A DNA stretch of 64,000 nt from an uncultured Planctomycetaceae bacterium (GTDB lineage Bacteria; Planctomycetota; Planctomycetia; Isosphaerales; Isosphaeraceae), in the NCBI GenBank assembly GCA_963833985.1, contig CAWIAD010000002.1:4320001-4384000 (forward strand), in the 5' to 3' direction. Below, piece after piece: positions 1 through 11,449 of the stretch. The notes under the pieces are model-generated. The model saw nothing but the letters and a program-made list of their open reading frames with translations. It searched no databases and had not been told where the DNA came from. Numbering within the stretch: position 1 is the stretch's first letter; the number at the start of each line of letters is the position of its first letter. The position numbers and the translations under genes are program-made.

Positions 1-3000
1 ACTCGTGAAGTCGCGGTCGTTGAACGGGAACAGGTCCCACGGCTCCAGCAGATAGGGCGGCGTCGAGGGCGGACCGGCTGTCCCGAGGAACGCGCCCCCC
101 GCGGTGTTCGCCGCATCATTGGGCCCGCCCAGGGTATGGTAGAAGTACTTTGCCGGCCCGGTGATCTGCAGACCTGCCGCCTGGCCGTAATTGGCCACCG
201 TGGTGGTCGGCACGGCGATCTGCTCGGTGTACCCGTAACGGGGATCGAGTGCGCCGGCCACACCAGGCATGGGCACGGCATGACCCCCGCGGAACGGCTG
301 GAGCCGCTGGTACGACATGATGTAGTTGGTGCCGACCGTGGGAGGAGTGCCCGGCTTGCCTCCGCTCTCAACGAACGGAAACCTCATGGCGTCCACGACG
401 ATCATCGGGTTGGTGGCCGAGACGGCCGCGAACGGGTTGGCCGGTCGGCGCAGGCAGACCCAGAAAAACATGCCATTACCGGAGCCGGGGCCTGGCCCAA
501 GACCGTTGAGGATCTTCTTCGGGTAGGTGGTCGGCGGTGTGCCGCCGTAAGTGGGAGGCGGCAGCACGCCGGCCGGAACGGTGCCGGAAGGGACGCCGGC
601 ACTCACCGGGTCCCACGTGGCGTTGAAGGTGTAGGTCGGTGTGTAGGGCTTGTTCTCCGCGTTCGCGGGCATCGGGTTGCCGAAGGTCGTGAAATAGTAG
701 GGAGCCAGCGGGTTGTCGGGACCGGGTGCAGCGAAGTAGCCGACGAAGAGGTTTGCCAGGGTCGCGGCGCCGCCCGGCGGCATGGCCTGCGGCAGCGGGA
801 AGAGCACCGGGTCGCCCGCGGGCGTCAGCGGGTTGGCGTAGGTCGGGTTGATCGCGCCAGCCGCGGCCGAAGAGAGCGGTAGCAGGCCGTAGTAGTTGCC
901 GCCCGGCTGCAACATGCCCGTGATGGGGTCGGGCCGGCTCTGTGGCAGGTCATCGGTGAAGATCAGGTCCCAGCAGCCGCCGTCCCACGGCGTGGCGGCA
1001 CCGGTGGACTGGAAGCCGGCCAGGTCCAGCACGCTGGCGTTGTTCGAGCCGTTGCCCAGGCCCGCCACTGTGGTCGTGCCCAGCTCGGGCGAGGTGAGCA
1101 CGTTCACCAGCTCGATGAAGAACCGGTTGGTGGTCGGCGCACTGGCGAACGAGTAGGCCATCACCTCGTTGATGGCGATCGGGTTGTATTCCATGCCGTA
1201 CTGGTCGAGCGGGATATCGGTGGCCGCCTTCGAGACCCTCAGCACCGGGAACGGGCTGGCGCCGGCCGTGCCCGGACGCAGGAACACGTCCGGGTTCTGC
1301 CAGTGCGTCATCGCCGCGTCGGTGTCGCGGAAGTCGACGATGTTGATCACGTACTGGCTGAGCTGCGCCAGCTCCTCGGCCGTGTCCACGGCCCGCGGGG
1401 GCAGAATGGACTTGAGCGTCTGGTACGTGTCGCTGATCCACTTCTGCCGCACCGGCTCGTTGGGATCGTTCGAGACCGGCAGCGGATAATTGAGGTTGAT
1501 CTTCTTGTCGCGCTGGGCCAGCGACATCGTGGGCGAGGGCACGGGGTTGGTGGGGTTGGGCAACGCCGTGATGTTCGGGTTCGTCGAGGCCGGAACGTTG
1601 AGCGTGGTGAACCCGGCGTCGGCATTCTTGGTGAACCGGGCGTTGTAGGCGAAGGCGAGGCCGCCCGGATTGTCATTCGTCCAGGTGAAGTTGTTCGTCT
1701 CCCACGAGTCCAGCGCGAACAGCCTGCGGCGGCGCTGGCCGTCCACCCGGTTGGTGAGGCTCACCGGCGCCAGCGACGACAGCCGTGAGACCAGGGAGGC
1801 GCCGTCCATGTCCTGCTGGCGGTACAGCCACTCCAGGTCGCCGTAGCCGAACGGGGCGTCAAGCTGGGCATTGGGAGTGTACAGGTTCATCTCGTCGGCC
1901 TCGTTCAGGCCATCGGAGTTCGCCTTGCCATTGACGCTGGCGTCATAGGTGGGGAACTTGGCCGGCAGATACGTCAAGCCCGCGCTGGCATTCGCGTCGA
2001 TGGGTACGCCGCCGGCGCGCTGGGGGTTGAAGATGCCGCCGCTGGTCGGGTAGTTCAGGTTCGGGAACCGCTGGCTCTCGAAGCCGTGCAGGGGGTTGCT
2101 GTCGCTGGGGCCATTGATTCCCGCGCCCATGTTCTGCACCAGCATGGTGGGGTAGACCTCGCCGCTGGTCCAGGGGAAAGTCACCGAGCCGGGCGCGGCA
2201 CCGCCGGAGGCCTCGACCTGGCCCGGCAGCCCCGGCGGGCGGAAGTAGCTGGAGTATTCGACGCGTCCGAACATGTCGGCACCGGCATTCGGGCCGGGCT
2301 TGGTGTTCACTCCGTCCCACTGCACGATCGAGCCGGTACCGTTGATGTCGCCCGGCGTCACGTACCTCCGCAGCCGGTCCACCGGCAACAGGTAGGCACC
2401 GGCTGGGTCCAGGAAGTCGAGGTCGCCCACCTCGCCCTGGCGGTTGCCCGTGTTCACCGGCGGATAGGGATCGAACGAGTTGTTGTTGTCGTCCGCGGCG
2501 TCGCGGGGGATGCCGTTGATCATGTCGGTCACGTCCATCGAGTACCCGGCGCGGATGCGGTTGTTATAGGTCGGCATCACCAGGTTGAACGGCGCCCCGC
2601 CACTGGGGTTGGGCACCGGGTAGCCGTGCACCGACTGCTGCTCGCCCCAGCGGCCGGCCACCGCCGGGGTCAGGCGGAGCACGCCGGCCGTCGGCGGATT
2701 GGCGCCGTTCATGTCCACGTCGCCGACGTCGGCAATGCTGTTGGGCATGAAGTAGGGCACGCCGCCCATGACCACGAGGTTGTTGTCGCCGTTGACCTGA
2801 CCTGTGAGGTCGGGCACGCCGGCGTTCACGGCGGGCGTTCCCGGGTTGATCTGCGGCCGCGTGCCGGCGAGCAGGTTGCGGAGCTGCGTCAACCGGACGT
2901 CAAGCCCGCCGCTATCAACCTGGCTGTTGCCGAGGTACGGGCCCGGGTAAATCTGGGGGGTGTAAGCCGTGGCGAAGTCGGTGCTGCGGTAGCCGTTTTG

Positions 3001-4330
3001 CAAGGCATATGTGGGGTCGATCTCGCTCACCGAGTTCCCCAGGTGCTGCGCGTGCGAGGCGCCGTTGCCCCCCCGGCCGCCGGCCAGGTTGCCGGCCGTG
3101 TTCAGCGGAATCCGGCCGTTCAGGCCGATGACCATGAACGCGAAGAGCGGCTTGTAAAGCTGGCCCTGGGCGTTCCGCCGCGCCGGGTAGCCGAGGTCCA
3201 GCCAGACCGAGTCGGTGAGCCCGTCGCCGTCGTTGTCCACGTCGTAGTTGATCTTGCCATTTGGGCCGGGAGTGAGGTCGGGGAAGGCGTTCGAGTCGTG
3301 CCCGTCCGCGGCCACCGGCCGCAGGATCCGGGACATGTCGAAGGTCCAGCCGTTGGTCACGTCGCGTGACCAGTCGTTCGTGGTGTTGGCCAGGTCGTAG
3401 CGAATGGCCGCCGGACGGTGAAACGAGGGAATGATGACCGAGCCGTCGGCGCTCTGCATGGCCAGGAACCAGTTCTCCAGGTCCACCGCGTCGTAATCCT
3501 CGTCCATCCCCTGGAGGTTCGGGTTCAGTCCGTTGTACCGGAAGTTGCCGTGCACCGCATTCGTGGTCATGCCCGGGCCGTTGAAGGCGTGCAGCCAGCG
3601 GCCGTCAAGCACGAACTGGGCCACGCCGTTGAGCGTGCCGCCGGACGCGGCGACCAGGTACTGGCCGGGAAGCTGCGTCACGTAGCCGGCCGGGTAGCTG
3701 GGCGTCACCGTTGGGTTGTTCAGGGTCGTCGCCGCATCGGTGGCGGGGATGCTCACCGTCAGGGTGCGATAGCCATTGCCACCGGGAACATAGCCGCTGT
3801 CGGCCAGCACCTCCAAGGTCTGGCTGACCACCCCCGTGCCGCCGTTGGCCAGGGTGCCGTTGTACGAAACGCGCAGCACCCAGCGGTTGAAGTTGTAGCC
3901 GTAGAAGGTGGAATCGCCGGCGGGGATGTTGGTGGTCAGAACATAGAGGGTGCCGGCTCCCGCCGTCACGCCCGTGATGTAGAAGTAGGAATCGCCATGG
4001 GGCGCCATGAACGCGCCGTCGGGACGGGAGGCGAGGTAACCGTTGAAGTGGCCGTCGTTGCCGTACATGTCGCGGGCCATGCTGTGCCCGCGGATCACCG
4101 AGCGGATATCGCTGGTGTCGCCGATGAGCTGCTCGAGCGCGTAATCCATGAGCTCGATCGCGCTGCGGCTGGTTCACCGATTGCGCAAAGCTGCGCGAGC
4201 TGATCCGCGACTGCCCCGTGAAGGTGGCGAAGGTGACGCCGATCACGGCCATGAGCGCCAGCACGCCGAGGATCAGGACCAGGACGATCCCCCGGCGCGG
4301 TCGCTGATATTGATTCGTCCTGGCCAGCAT
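1..4330 (-). CDS. Giant (>1440 aa, runs off the left edge) PilX/GspK-like minor pilin-type protein; one frameshift near 4157
   Basis: ATG at 4330 with GGAGA RBS. N-terminus RPRRG|IVLVLILGVLALMAVIGVTF is a class III signal without Glu5, as in GspK/PilX. After ~4157 the reading continues in another frame (ELMDYALEQLIGD...GHSMARDMYGND, DEDYDAVDLENWFLA, YDVDNDGDGLTDSVWLDLG), and the same frame reads ...WDLFPFNDRDFTS at position 1. Absent from the ORF track, apparently because no stop falls in the window. Confidence 0.75.
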
Positions 4331-4396
4331 GATCAAGTCTCCGTGGCGTGCGTGTCGGGTGAGCTGAGCCCACCATCCCTCATGCAATGCTGGTAA

Positions 4397-4418
4397 TGGC
4401 GGGTTGCACCCGCCCTAC
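4397..4418 (-). repeat. GTAG-type REP-like palindrome overlapping the stop codon of the upstream pilin-like gene
   Basis: Minus strand reads GTAG-GGCGGGT-GCA-ACCCGCC-A; the TAG of GTAG is the stop at 4415-4417. Confidence 0.6.
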
Positions 4419-6631
4419 AGTTTATCTGTGAAATCCTGCCGGATCGTCAATGTCTTGATACGTTGATTGGTCGGGTCCGTGACGCGGATCTGAATCTGGA
4501 TGCCGCGCAAAGGCGCCGGGTAGGGCGGCGGATACGACGGATAGATGGGCGGCGAATACGGCGGGCCGGCCGGAAAGAACGGTGCCACGCTGCCGGCGGG
4601 GTACACGCCCGTGCCGGGCGCCTGGGTGTACTCGGTGGACCACGAATCCCAGACCCGCCGCAGTCGCACCACCGCCGGGTTGTTGTCGCCGATGTTGCCG
4701 TTGTAGTTCGGATACCCCGAGTAATAGCCTGGCACGACGGCCCCGAACTGGGCGTCGAACCGGTTGTCGTTCACCAGGGGGGGCATCCGCCCCTCGTGCG
4801 CGAGGGTCTGGTTCAGCAGGTCGTACTTGTTGGCGTTGATATAGGCATACGCGGGTGCGGCGTAGCCGTTCACCGGATCGTAGTTCCCCGCCAGGTACGG
4901 GAGCGCCAGGTTCGTTCCCAGGTACTGCGGCGAGAGGTTCTGGGTAAGCCGCGGGTCGTCGCCCCAGCCCAGGTCGGCATAGGCCCCCAGGCTGTTGTCA
5001 TAGGCCTTGATGTCGAAGCTGCGTACGCCGGTCATCACCAGGTCGTCTTCCCAGCTATACTGCGACCAGAGCGACGGCGGGTTGCCCCCCGTGAGCGGGA
5101 AGAAGACGCTCGGCGTGCCGAACAGGTCGTTGTACGGTTGCGGCGTGTTGCGGTAGACACCGGTCATGGCGGGCAAGGGCGTGCCGGCCGGCAGCGCCGC
5201 GTTGGCGAAGATGTAGCCCAGGCCGGTTGGCTGGGTCAGGTTGGTGTTGATCTGGTACGTCGGGTCAACCCAGAAAGGCGAGAGGGTTTCGCGCCAGGTG
5301 GGGAAGCCCCACCAGGTCTGGACATAACCGCTCTGGTTCGCCGGCACGGCCACGTTGTCGCCGGTATCCAGGGGGTTGTGGTTGAGGTTGTTCAGGTACC
5401 CCAGCGTGTTCCCCTCGTACGTGGCCGCAACCGGTGCCAGAGGCGTGCCGACGTTGACCTCCGGGTTCGGCGAGTGGATCCAGCCGTAAGCCGCCGTGGT
5501 CATCGATTGCGGCACGGAGTACGCCCCCGGGAAGACGAACGGGAACGCCATCATGGCCATGTGCGGTGGCGGCCACGGAAACCCCGTCGGTGCAACGCCT
5601 GGATAGTAGAGCAGCGTGTTGGCCACGTTGGTCGGACTGAGCACCGTCGGGTACAGGGTCGGGTAATAGTCGGGAACATTATCGCCGTTGAGGTCATCGC
5701 TCAGGCCGTCCGGCGTGCCGCCTCCTGTGCCCAGGTTGTAAAAATCGTCCGAGAACCGCTGGTAGGCGAACCGCTTCTCGCGGCTGGCCAGGTCGCCCAG
5801 CGTATTGAGAAGCACCGAATTGCCATGGAATGGCGCCCCGGTGCCGGAGGGCCGGGCCGAGAGGTCGTTGACCCCTTGCCAGCTTACCTGGTTGCCGGTC
5901 AGGTTCGCCGGGTTGCCGCCGAGCGCCGGCGGGAAGAACCCCGCGTTATTGAACGGAGCGTTCGGGTTCAGGTTGTTCACGGCCGGCTCGACCGTCGATT
6001 GCAATTCCGGCACGACCAGCAGCACGCGGCGGTAAAGGTTGCCGTTGCGCAGGAAGTAGATGATCTCGGCGTGGTCGCTGGTGATCGTGATCGGCTGCGG
6101 GGACTGGTTCGGGATGAAGCCGTTCACCGTGTTGTACGCCGACCGCACCCACATCCGCCCCGTGAACGGCTGGCCCGCGGGCGCCTTGGCGGTGAAGCGG
6201 ATGTAGTCGTCGGAGTCCTCTCCTTGCACGTCGGCAAACTCGTTCTCGCCGTACTCGCAGTAGCCCGGGTTGTTCTTCGGGTCGTTGGGCGGGGTCATCT
6301 TGCAGGTGATGCCGCTCAGGTCCGAGCGGACCGTCGAGAACAGCAGCCGGAGCTGGTTGTCCAGGTCCTGGTACACCTGCGCCGCGTTCAGTGCCCCGGT
6401 CGCCGCCTGGAAGATCTGCACGATCACCGTCATCATGAGCAGCAGGATTGCCAGGGTGACGAGCATCTCCACGAGGGTGACACCGCGCCGGGCTCGTGAG
6501 TGGCCAGCGGCCAGCGGCCAGCGGCGCGTGGTGGTCGAGGAAGCATCGGGGCGCCGTGCGGGAACTTGCGGCAGGTCGGAGGGCGCTGCGCCGTGGTCTC
6601 GGATCGCTTCAACGGGCTTGCCGCACCACAT
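4415..6631 (-). CDS. Large prepilin-type (PilW/GspJ-like) protein, ~740 aa
   Basis: RARRG|VTLVEMLVTLAILLLMMTVIVQIF methylation motif; ATG 6631 preceded by GGGAGG; N/G/Y/P-rich body containing DDLNGDNVPD. Confidence 0.8.
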   Translation of the reverse strand: MWCGKPVEAIRDHGAAPSDLPQVPARRPDASSTTTRRWPLAAGHSRARRGVTLVEMLVTLAILLLMMTVIVQIFQAATGALNAAQVYQDLDNQLRLLFSTVRSDLSGITCKMTPPNDPKNNPGYCEYGENEFADVQGEDSDDYIRFTAKAPAGQPFTGRMWVRSAYNTVNGFIPNQSPQPITITSDHAEIIYFLRNGNLYRRVLLVVPELQSTVEPAVNNLNPNAPFNNAGFFPPALGGNPANLTGNQVSWQGVNDLSARPSGTGAPFHGNSVLLNTLGDLASREKRFAYQRFSDDFYNLGTGGGTPDGLSDDLNGDNVPDYYPTLYPTVLSPTNVANTLLYYPGVAPTGFPWPPPHMAMMAFPFVFPGAYSVPQSMTTAAYGWIHSPNPEVNVGTPLAPVAATYEGNTLGYLNNLNHNPLDTGDNVAVPANQSGYVQTWWGFPTWRETLSPFWVDPTYQINTNLTQPTGLGYIFANAALPAGTPLPAMTGVYRNTPQPYNDLFGTPSVFFPLTGGNPPSLWSQYSWEDDLVMTGVRSFDIKAYDNSLGAYADLGWGDDPRLTQNLSPQYLGTNLALPYLAGNYDPVNGYAAPAYAYINANKYDLLNQTLAHEGRMPPLVNDNRFDAQFGAVVPGYYSGYPNYNGNIGDNNPAVVRLRRVWDSWSTEYTQAPGTGVYPAGSVAPFFPAGPPYSPPIYPSYPPPYPAPLRGIQIQIRVTDPTNQRIKTLTIRQDFTDKL

Positions 6632-6652
6632 GAATCTTCGCCTCCCGCGTAT

Positions 6653-6756
6653 CACTCGCTGTTCAGAGGAGCGGTGGGCCTCGCTTCCCTCGACCCACCC
6701 TACGACACTCGCTGTTCAGAGGAGCGGTGGGCCTCGGTTCGCTCGACCCACCCTAC
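6653..6756 (-). repeat. Tandem pair (53-bp period) of GTAG REP-like elements
   Basis: Two near-identical units, each with GTAGGGTGGGTCGAG-N6/7-GAGGCCCACC on the minus strand. Confidence 0.8.
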
Positions 6757-6774
6757 AAAACTGCCTGCTGCCTA

Positions 6775-8271
6775 CTACCGCACAAAAAACGTCTGCGGGA
6801 TCACATTCACCACATAGGGGCAGATGAGCGCGGCGTTCATCACCAGGGGGTGGCCGTTGGCGCTCATGAGCGTCTTCGCGTCCAGCGGGCGGTTCACGTA
6901 AACAGTCATGGACCTGAAGTTCGCACCGAGGAGCGGGTCGGGCTGGGCGGGGTTCACCTTCTGCACCTGGTACCAGAAGCAGCGCTGGGCCGGCAGGTTG
7001 TCCCACTCCCCCTTGTTCAGCGGGTTGGGCACGCCCATGTAGGGCGGCGGACTGGCGTTGCCAATGTAGAACCGGCTGTACATCACCGTCTGGTTCCGCT
7101 CGTAGGTGACGTCGGCGATGAAGTCGCCCACCTTGACGATCGGATCGGCCTGGGTGGCGGACCAGCGCAGCAGCACCGTGCGGTCGGCCCCGGCGCCGTA
7201 GCCCGGGCCGCCCTGGGGATAGATATTGTTGTTGGCCCCGTACCCGTACACGGCCTCGACCACCGTCTCGCCGGCGGCCTGGTAGAACGTCGTGCCGTTG
7301 ATCGTGACCGGGTCGAGCGAGAACGGCCGGTTCTCGAAAATGACGATGTTCCCCTCGAACGCCGCGCCATTGGCGGTGTTGGTCTGCTGAGCGGTGACCA
7401 TCCACGAGAACCGCCAGTCGTTGCTCGGCTGGTAGGTCGGGGTGGGGACGCCGTTGACCAGGACATTTGAGATGCTCAGGTCGGGCACCACCGGGCTGGG
7501 CGTGTTCACAGGGGTGGACGGCTGGAACGCGACCGTGTAGGTGGTATTGCTCGGGTCCTGCCAGACCACGTCCTCGGGCGAGACAAAGGTGGTGGGCACC
7601 ATGTTGGCGGACGGCATGATGTTCGGCCGGTTGAAGTTGGTCAGCCGTTGCAGCCCGTGGGCGCTGGCCATGCCGCCGTCCGAGTCGGTGCGGAGGAACG
7701 AGCCCGAGCCGGAGGTGGTGTGGAACGTCGCGGCCGCGAACCGCGCCTCGGGCATCGTCTGGCCAATGGGATCGAGATATGTCCCTGTCTGGTATCTCCA
7801 GAGCGGGTCATACGCGAACGGCAGGCCGTAGCCGCCGATGCGCACGGCGCTCACGCCCGGGTTCGCACCGCCGTTGGCGGTGTCGTTCGGATCACCGCCG
7901 TAGTAGGGCGTGTCCTGAGTCAGCGGGTTGTACAGGTTGCTGCCAATGGGGTTGCCACCCAGCGGGTTGCCCGCGCCGTACCAGAGGTTGTAGTACGTCC
8001 CGTAGGCGTTCTGGATGTTCAGGATGTCGGCGGCGCGGAACGAGCTGGCATTGAGCAACCCCCGCGCGGCCACGTCGGCCGTGGCCGCCTCGAAGAGGTA
8101 AGCCGACCGCGTCTGGCGCTGGGCCTCGCGCAGCCGCAGCAGGCCGATCGGAAAGAGCGTGGCCAGCGAGACCAGCCCCACGCCGAGGATCATGATCGAG
8201 ATCAATATCTCGGTGAGCGTGATGCCGGCGGAGCGCGGCGCGGTCGGGCGGGGCGTGCAGCGAACGTTCAT
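6775..8271 (-). CDS. Large prepilin-type (PilV/GspI-like) protein, 498 aa
   Basis: RSAG|ITLTEILISIMILGVGLVSLATLFPIG resembles PilV/GspI N-termini; overlaps the stop of the upstream gene. Confidence 0.8.
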   Translation of the reverse strand: MNVRCTPRPTAPRSAGITLTEILISIMILGVGLVSLATLFPIGLLRLREAQRQTRSAYLFEAATADVAARGLLNASSFRAADILNIQNAYGTYYNLWYGAGNPLGGNPIGSNLYNPLTQDTPYYGGDPNDTANGGANPGVSAVRIGGYGLPFAYDPLWRYQTGTYLDPIGQTMPEARFAAATFHTTSGSGSFLRTDSDGGMASAHGLQRLTNFNRPNIMPSANMVPTTFVSPEDVVWQDPSNTTYTVAFQPSTPVNTPSPVVPDLSISNVLVNGVPTPTYQPSNDWRFSWMVTAQQTNTANGAAFEGNIVIFENRPFSLDPVTINGTTFYQAAGETVVEAVYGYGANNNIYPQGGPGYGAGADRTVLLRWSATQADPIVKVGDFIADVTYERNQTVMYSRFYIGNASPPPYMGVPNPLNKGEWDNLPAQRCFWYQVQKVNPAQPDPLLGANFRSMTVYVNRPLDAKTLMSANGHPLVMNAALICPYVVNVIPQTFFVR

Positions 8272-9745
8272 CGTGTGTCCCCCCTGATCCCCTGCTGGGG
8301 ACCGAGGAATGGAAAGTTGGGACCGGGGCCCGGCGGAATCGGGGTCGCGTCAAACGTTTCGACGTTGTTGGTGACCATCTGCCCGGTGCGGGTGTAGAGG
8401 GTCATCAGCCTGCGCTCGCCCGTCAGTGCGCGGGTGCCGAGCGGGTCGTTGGTGCTGGGATAGGCCGTGGCGTAAGAGCTTCCGGGAACCATCGGCAGCA
8501 GGTAGGGCACGCCTTGGTGCGCCAGCGGGTCGAAGAGGTCGACCCGTTCTGACAGCCAGAAATGGTAGAACGACGAGTCCATGCCGAACGAGGCCGGCGA
8601 GGAGTACTCCGTGGTTGGCACGACGGTACCGTTGGGGTAAAGCAGGATGTCGACGTAGCCCGTGGTGGGGTCGACCGGCAGCCGCGACCGCTCGGATACG
8701 TAACTCACGCCGGTCGATGCCGAGAAGTTCGCATTGAAGTAAGCCGCGTTCCAGGTGGTCAGGTCGATCACGATGTTCGACGGCAGGGGCGTCTCACGCG
8801 AGCCCGGCGAGACCACCGGCCGGCGGGCGATCGTGTAGGCGATGTTGTTGTTGCTGCGGCTCAGGATCGCGTTCTGCCAGGTTTCCACCTCGAGCCATTC
8901 CGTGATGTTGTTCGCGTCGATCACCTGGTCGACGATCCCGTCGTTGTCGTTATCGATGCCGTCGAAGCCGTTGTCCACGAAGCCGTCCTTGTTGTCGTCC
9001 ACGCCGTTGACCAGGAAGAGAAGCTCCGGGTGGTACGCCGTACCGTTCGGCAGCACACGTTGTAGAGGTGGCGTCGCGCCGGGATCGCCGACGTTGACGA
9101 ACAGCTCGGGGTTGTAAACGTTCATCGGGCCGACGACCGTGTACCAGATACCCGTGCCTTGAAGCTGCATCTTGTCGCCGATGCGGATGTTCCAGTACCA
9201 GGAGGTCGGCGAGTTGAGAATGTTGCTCGTGGGATCGTAGACCGACTGCTCGACGTAGAGCATGGCCGAGGTGGCCGCGGGGTAATAGGTTCCCCCCTTC
9301 TGGGCCGGGTAGGGGAAGTAGGTTGCCGGGTTGATCCCGGCGGCGGTGTACTCGCCTAGAGGGGGCCCGAAATCCACGTTCACAAGCCCCTCCGTGTAAT
9401 CGGGCGCGAGCTGGATGGGAATATACCGGTTCGCCGCCAGGATGCGGGTCGGGTCGAGGACGTTGGTATTGGGGTTGATGCCGTTCAGCACCGGATCGGG
9501 CAATAGCCGGATGCCCGCGGGCGCGTTGGTGTTGATGGCCGTGTCGCGGGCGCTGCGAGCGCTGCCTGGAGAATGCGCGCGGCCTCGCTGATCTGCCAGT
9601 GGTTGATGGTCTGGAGCGTCGTCGGCAGCACGATCACGCTCACCAGCAGGATGATCAGCATCACCACCAGCAGCTCGATGAGCGTGAACCCGCGCCGCGC
9701 TGGTCGGTTCGTTGCCCGGTCGCCGCGATGCTCTGGCCGGCTCAT
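8268..9745 (-). CDS. Large prepilin-type (FimT/GspH-like) protein; frameshift near 9555
   Basis: PARRG|FTLIELLVVMLIILLVSVIVLP...ISEAARILQAALA in one frame joins (G)ARDTAINTNAPAGIRL in the 8268-9752 frame; restoring one G repairs it. Contains DDNKDGFVDNGFDGIDNDNDGIVD. Confidence 0.8.
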
Positions 9746-9748
9746 GGA

Positions 9749-11347
9749 TCACGACCCTCCGCTGCCGCCACTGGCCTGGCGGTTCTGGTTGCTGATGTCG
9801 TCGCGGCCGTACTCACGCAGTTGCTGGCTGGTGGGATCCACCTGCGTTGAGACCGGGATCTGCAACGAGTTGGTGAGCTGCCCGGGATCAAACGGGATCG
9901 CGTAGTTCTCATAGGTGATCAGGTCGTAAGCATTCAGAGCGGGGGGGCTGGGGAACACCGAGCTCGGGTACAGCAGGAAGACCCCAAGCTGCTGGTCGAA
10001 GCCGGAGGAGAGGATCAGCGGCTTGGAGAAGAACGCGCGGCGGTTCGGGAAGATGGTGCCGCGATCCCAGTAGTATGCGTAATTGCCGTTGTGGCTGACT
10101 GGCTCGGTAAGACGGTGGAAGAATGCCTCGAAGCCGACCACGCCCCCGCTGCCGCCTAACGACCCGGCCGTCCCCGTGAATGCGAGCGGGTACTGTGTGT
10201 TTTGCGCGGCCGCCCACCACGCCGGCGCCACCAGGAGCTGGTTCGGGTCGAACGGGTCCTGCTCGCGCGCCTCGAAGACCGTGCGATAGGGCGGGTTGAA
10301 GAGCTCGATGGGCGAGGAGACGGCCGGCGTCTGCGTGTAGTCCCAGTAGTCCACAACCTGCCCGCGCTGGGTGTCCGTATGGTACAGGAGCGGCCAGCGG
10401 AAGAACTGGATCGGCTGGCCCCAGGCGTCCACGAACTCGGGCAGGCCGTCGCCGTCGGTATCTCTCACCTCCTTGTCGCTGAAGTCGTCGCGGTTGAAGA
10501 ACGCGCCCAGGGGCCCGACGCCCTCGACCAGAATCGCATAGAGCGTTTCGGCCCGTGCCGTGTTGTGCTTGTGGGCGGCGAGGTTGGAGAGCACCTGCGA
10601 GTGATTGCCCGCGTTCACCCCCTCCTGCCATTCGTCGACCAGGCCGTTGCCGTCATTGTCCAGGCCGTCATAGCCGGTGGGCACGTAACCCAGGTTCTTG
10701 TACAGGCTGGCGGCCGCGAAATACGAGGCGCCGAAGATGCCGGTGCCCACGGTGTTGGAATAATTCCCGGCACCGTAGCCGGGCGTGAAGCCGGAGGGAG
10801 GGATGAGCGGGCCGGCCACCGAGTTGCCCAGCGGCAAGATGAAGTTGCCCAGTCCTTGCTGGTCGATCGTGGCGCCCGGGTAACCGGCCGCCGGGAAGGC
10901 AAAGTTGAGCGGGTAGCTGTAGGCCGTGGGGTTGAAGTTCTGCACGAAGAAGACATCCGGCATCTCGCTCTTGACGTAGTCGTACCAGGCGATCACCTGT
11001 GCCCTTGCCGCGGCCGAGCCGTACTGCGACTTGGGCCAGCCGAGCGGCTCCTGGTTGCCGTTGCCATCCGCATTCCCGATGTAGACCCCTGCCATGTAAT
11101 AATGCGCCGGGTTCGGGTCGGGCCGGGTCTGCAAGAGCGCGTCGAGCCGGTCATTCACGCCCGCTTCCAGCTTGGTGATGAGCGCCAGCGTGGCGTCCTC
11201 CTCGGCCCGCCTGCGGGCCTCGCCGCCCGCCACGAGCAGGAACGTGATGATGATGCCGATGATCACCATCACGACCAGCAGCTCGACGAGGGTGAACGCC
11301 GGGCACACGCCTGCGCGATACACGCTGGGCTCCCGCCGCTTCCTCAT
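9749..11347 (-). CDS. Large prepilin-type (GspG-like N-terminus) protein, ~530 aa
   Basis: CPA|FTLVELLVVMVIIGIIITFLL; contains DGLDNDGNGLVDE and DTDGDGLPEFVDAWGQP. Confidence 0.8.
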   Translation of the reverse strand: MRKRREPSVYRAGVCPAFTLVELLVVMVIIGIIITFLLVAGGEARRRAEEDATLALITKLEAGVNDRLDALLQTRPDPNPAHYYMAGVYIGNADGNGNQEPLGWPKSQYGSAAARAQVIAWYDYVKSEMPDVFFVQNFNPTAYSYPLNFAFPAAGYPGATIDQQGLGNFILPLGNSVAGPLIPPSGFTPGYGAGNYSNTVGTGIFGASYFAAASLYKNLGYVPTGYDGLDNDGNGLVDEWQEGVNAGNHSQVLSNLAAHKHNTARAETLYAILVEGVGPLGAFFNRDDFSDKEVRDTDGDGLPEFVDAWGQPIQFFRWPLLYHTDTQRGQVVDYWDYTQTPAVSSPIELFNPPYRTVFEAREQDPFDPNQLLVAPAWWAAAQNTQYPLAFTGTAGSLGGSGGVVGFEAFFHRLTEPVSHNGNYAYYWDRGTIFPNRRAFFSKPLILSSGFDQQLGVFLLYPSSVFPSPPALNAYDLITYENYAIPFDPGQLTNSLQIPVSTQVDPTSQQLREYGRDDISNQNRQASGGSGGS

Positions 11348-11424
11348 CGTCCCTGTTCCCTTGTGATCCATGAGCCTCGCTCTCGACTGCGTTCTCGGTT
11401 CGACCTGTTTCCCGCTCGATCCGG

Positions 11425-11446
11425 GGGTGGGTTGCACCTACCCCAC
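11425..11446 (-). repeat. Degenerate copy of the 4397-4418 REP-like palindrome
   Basis: GTGGGGTAGGTGCAACCCACCC versus GTAGGGCGGGTGCAACCCGCC; lies just after a stop codon. Confidence 0.45.
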
Positions 11447-11449
11447 GCA

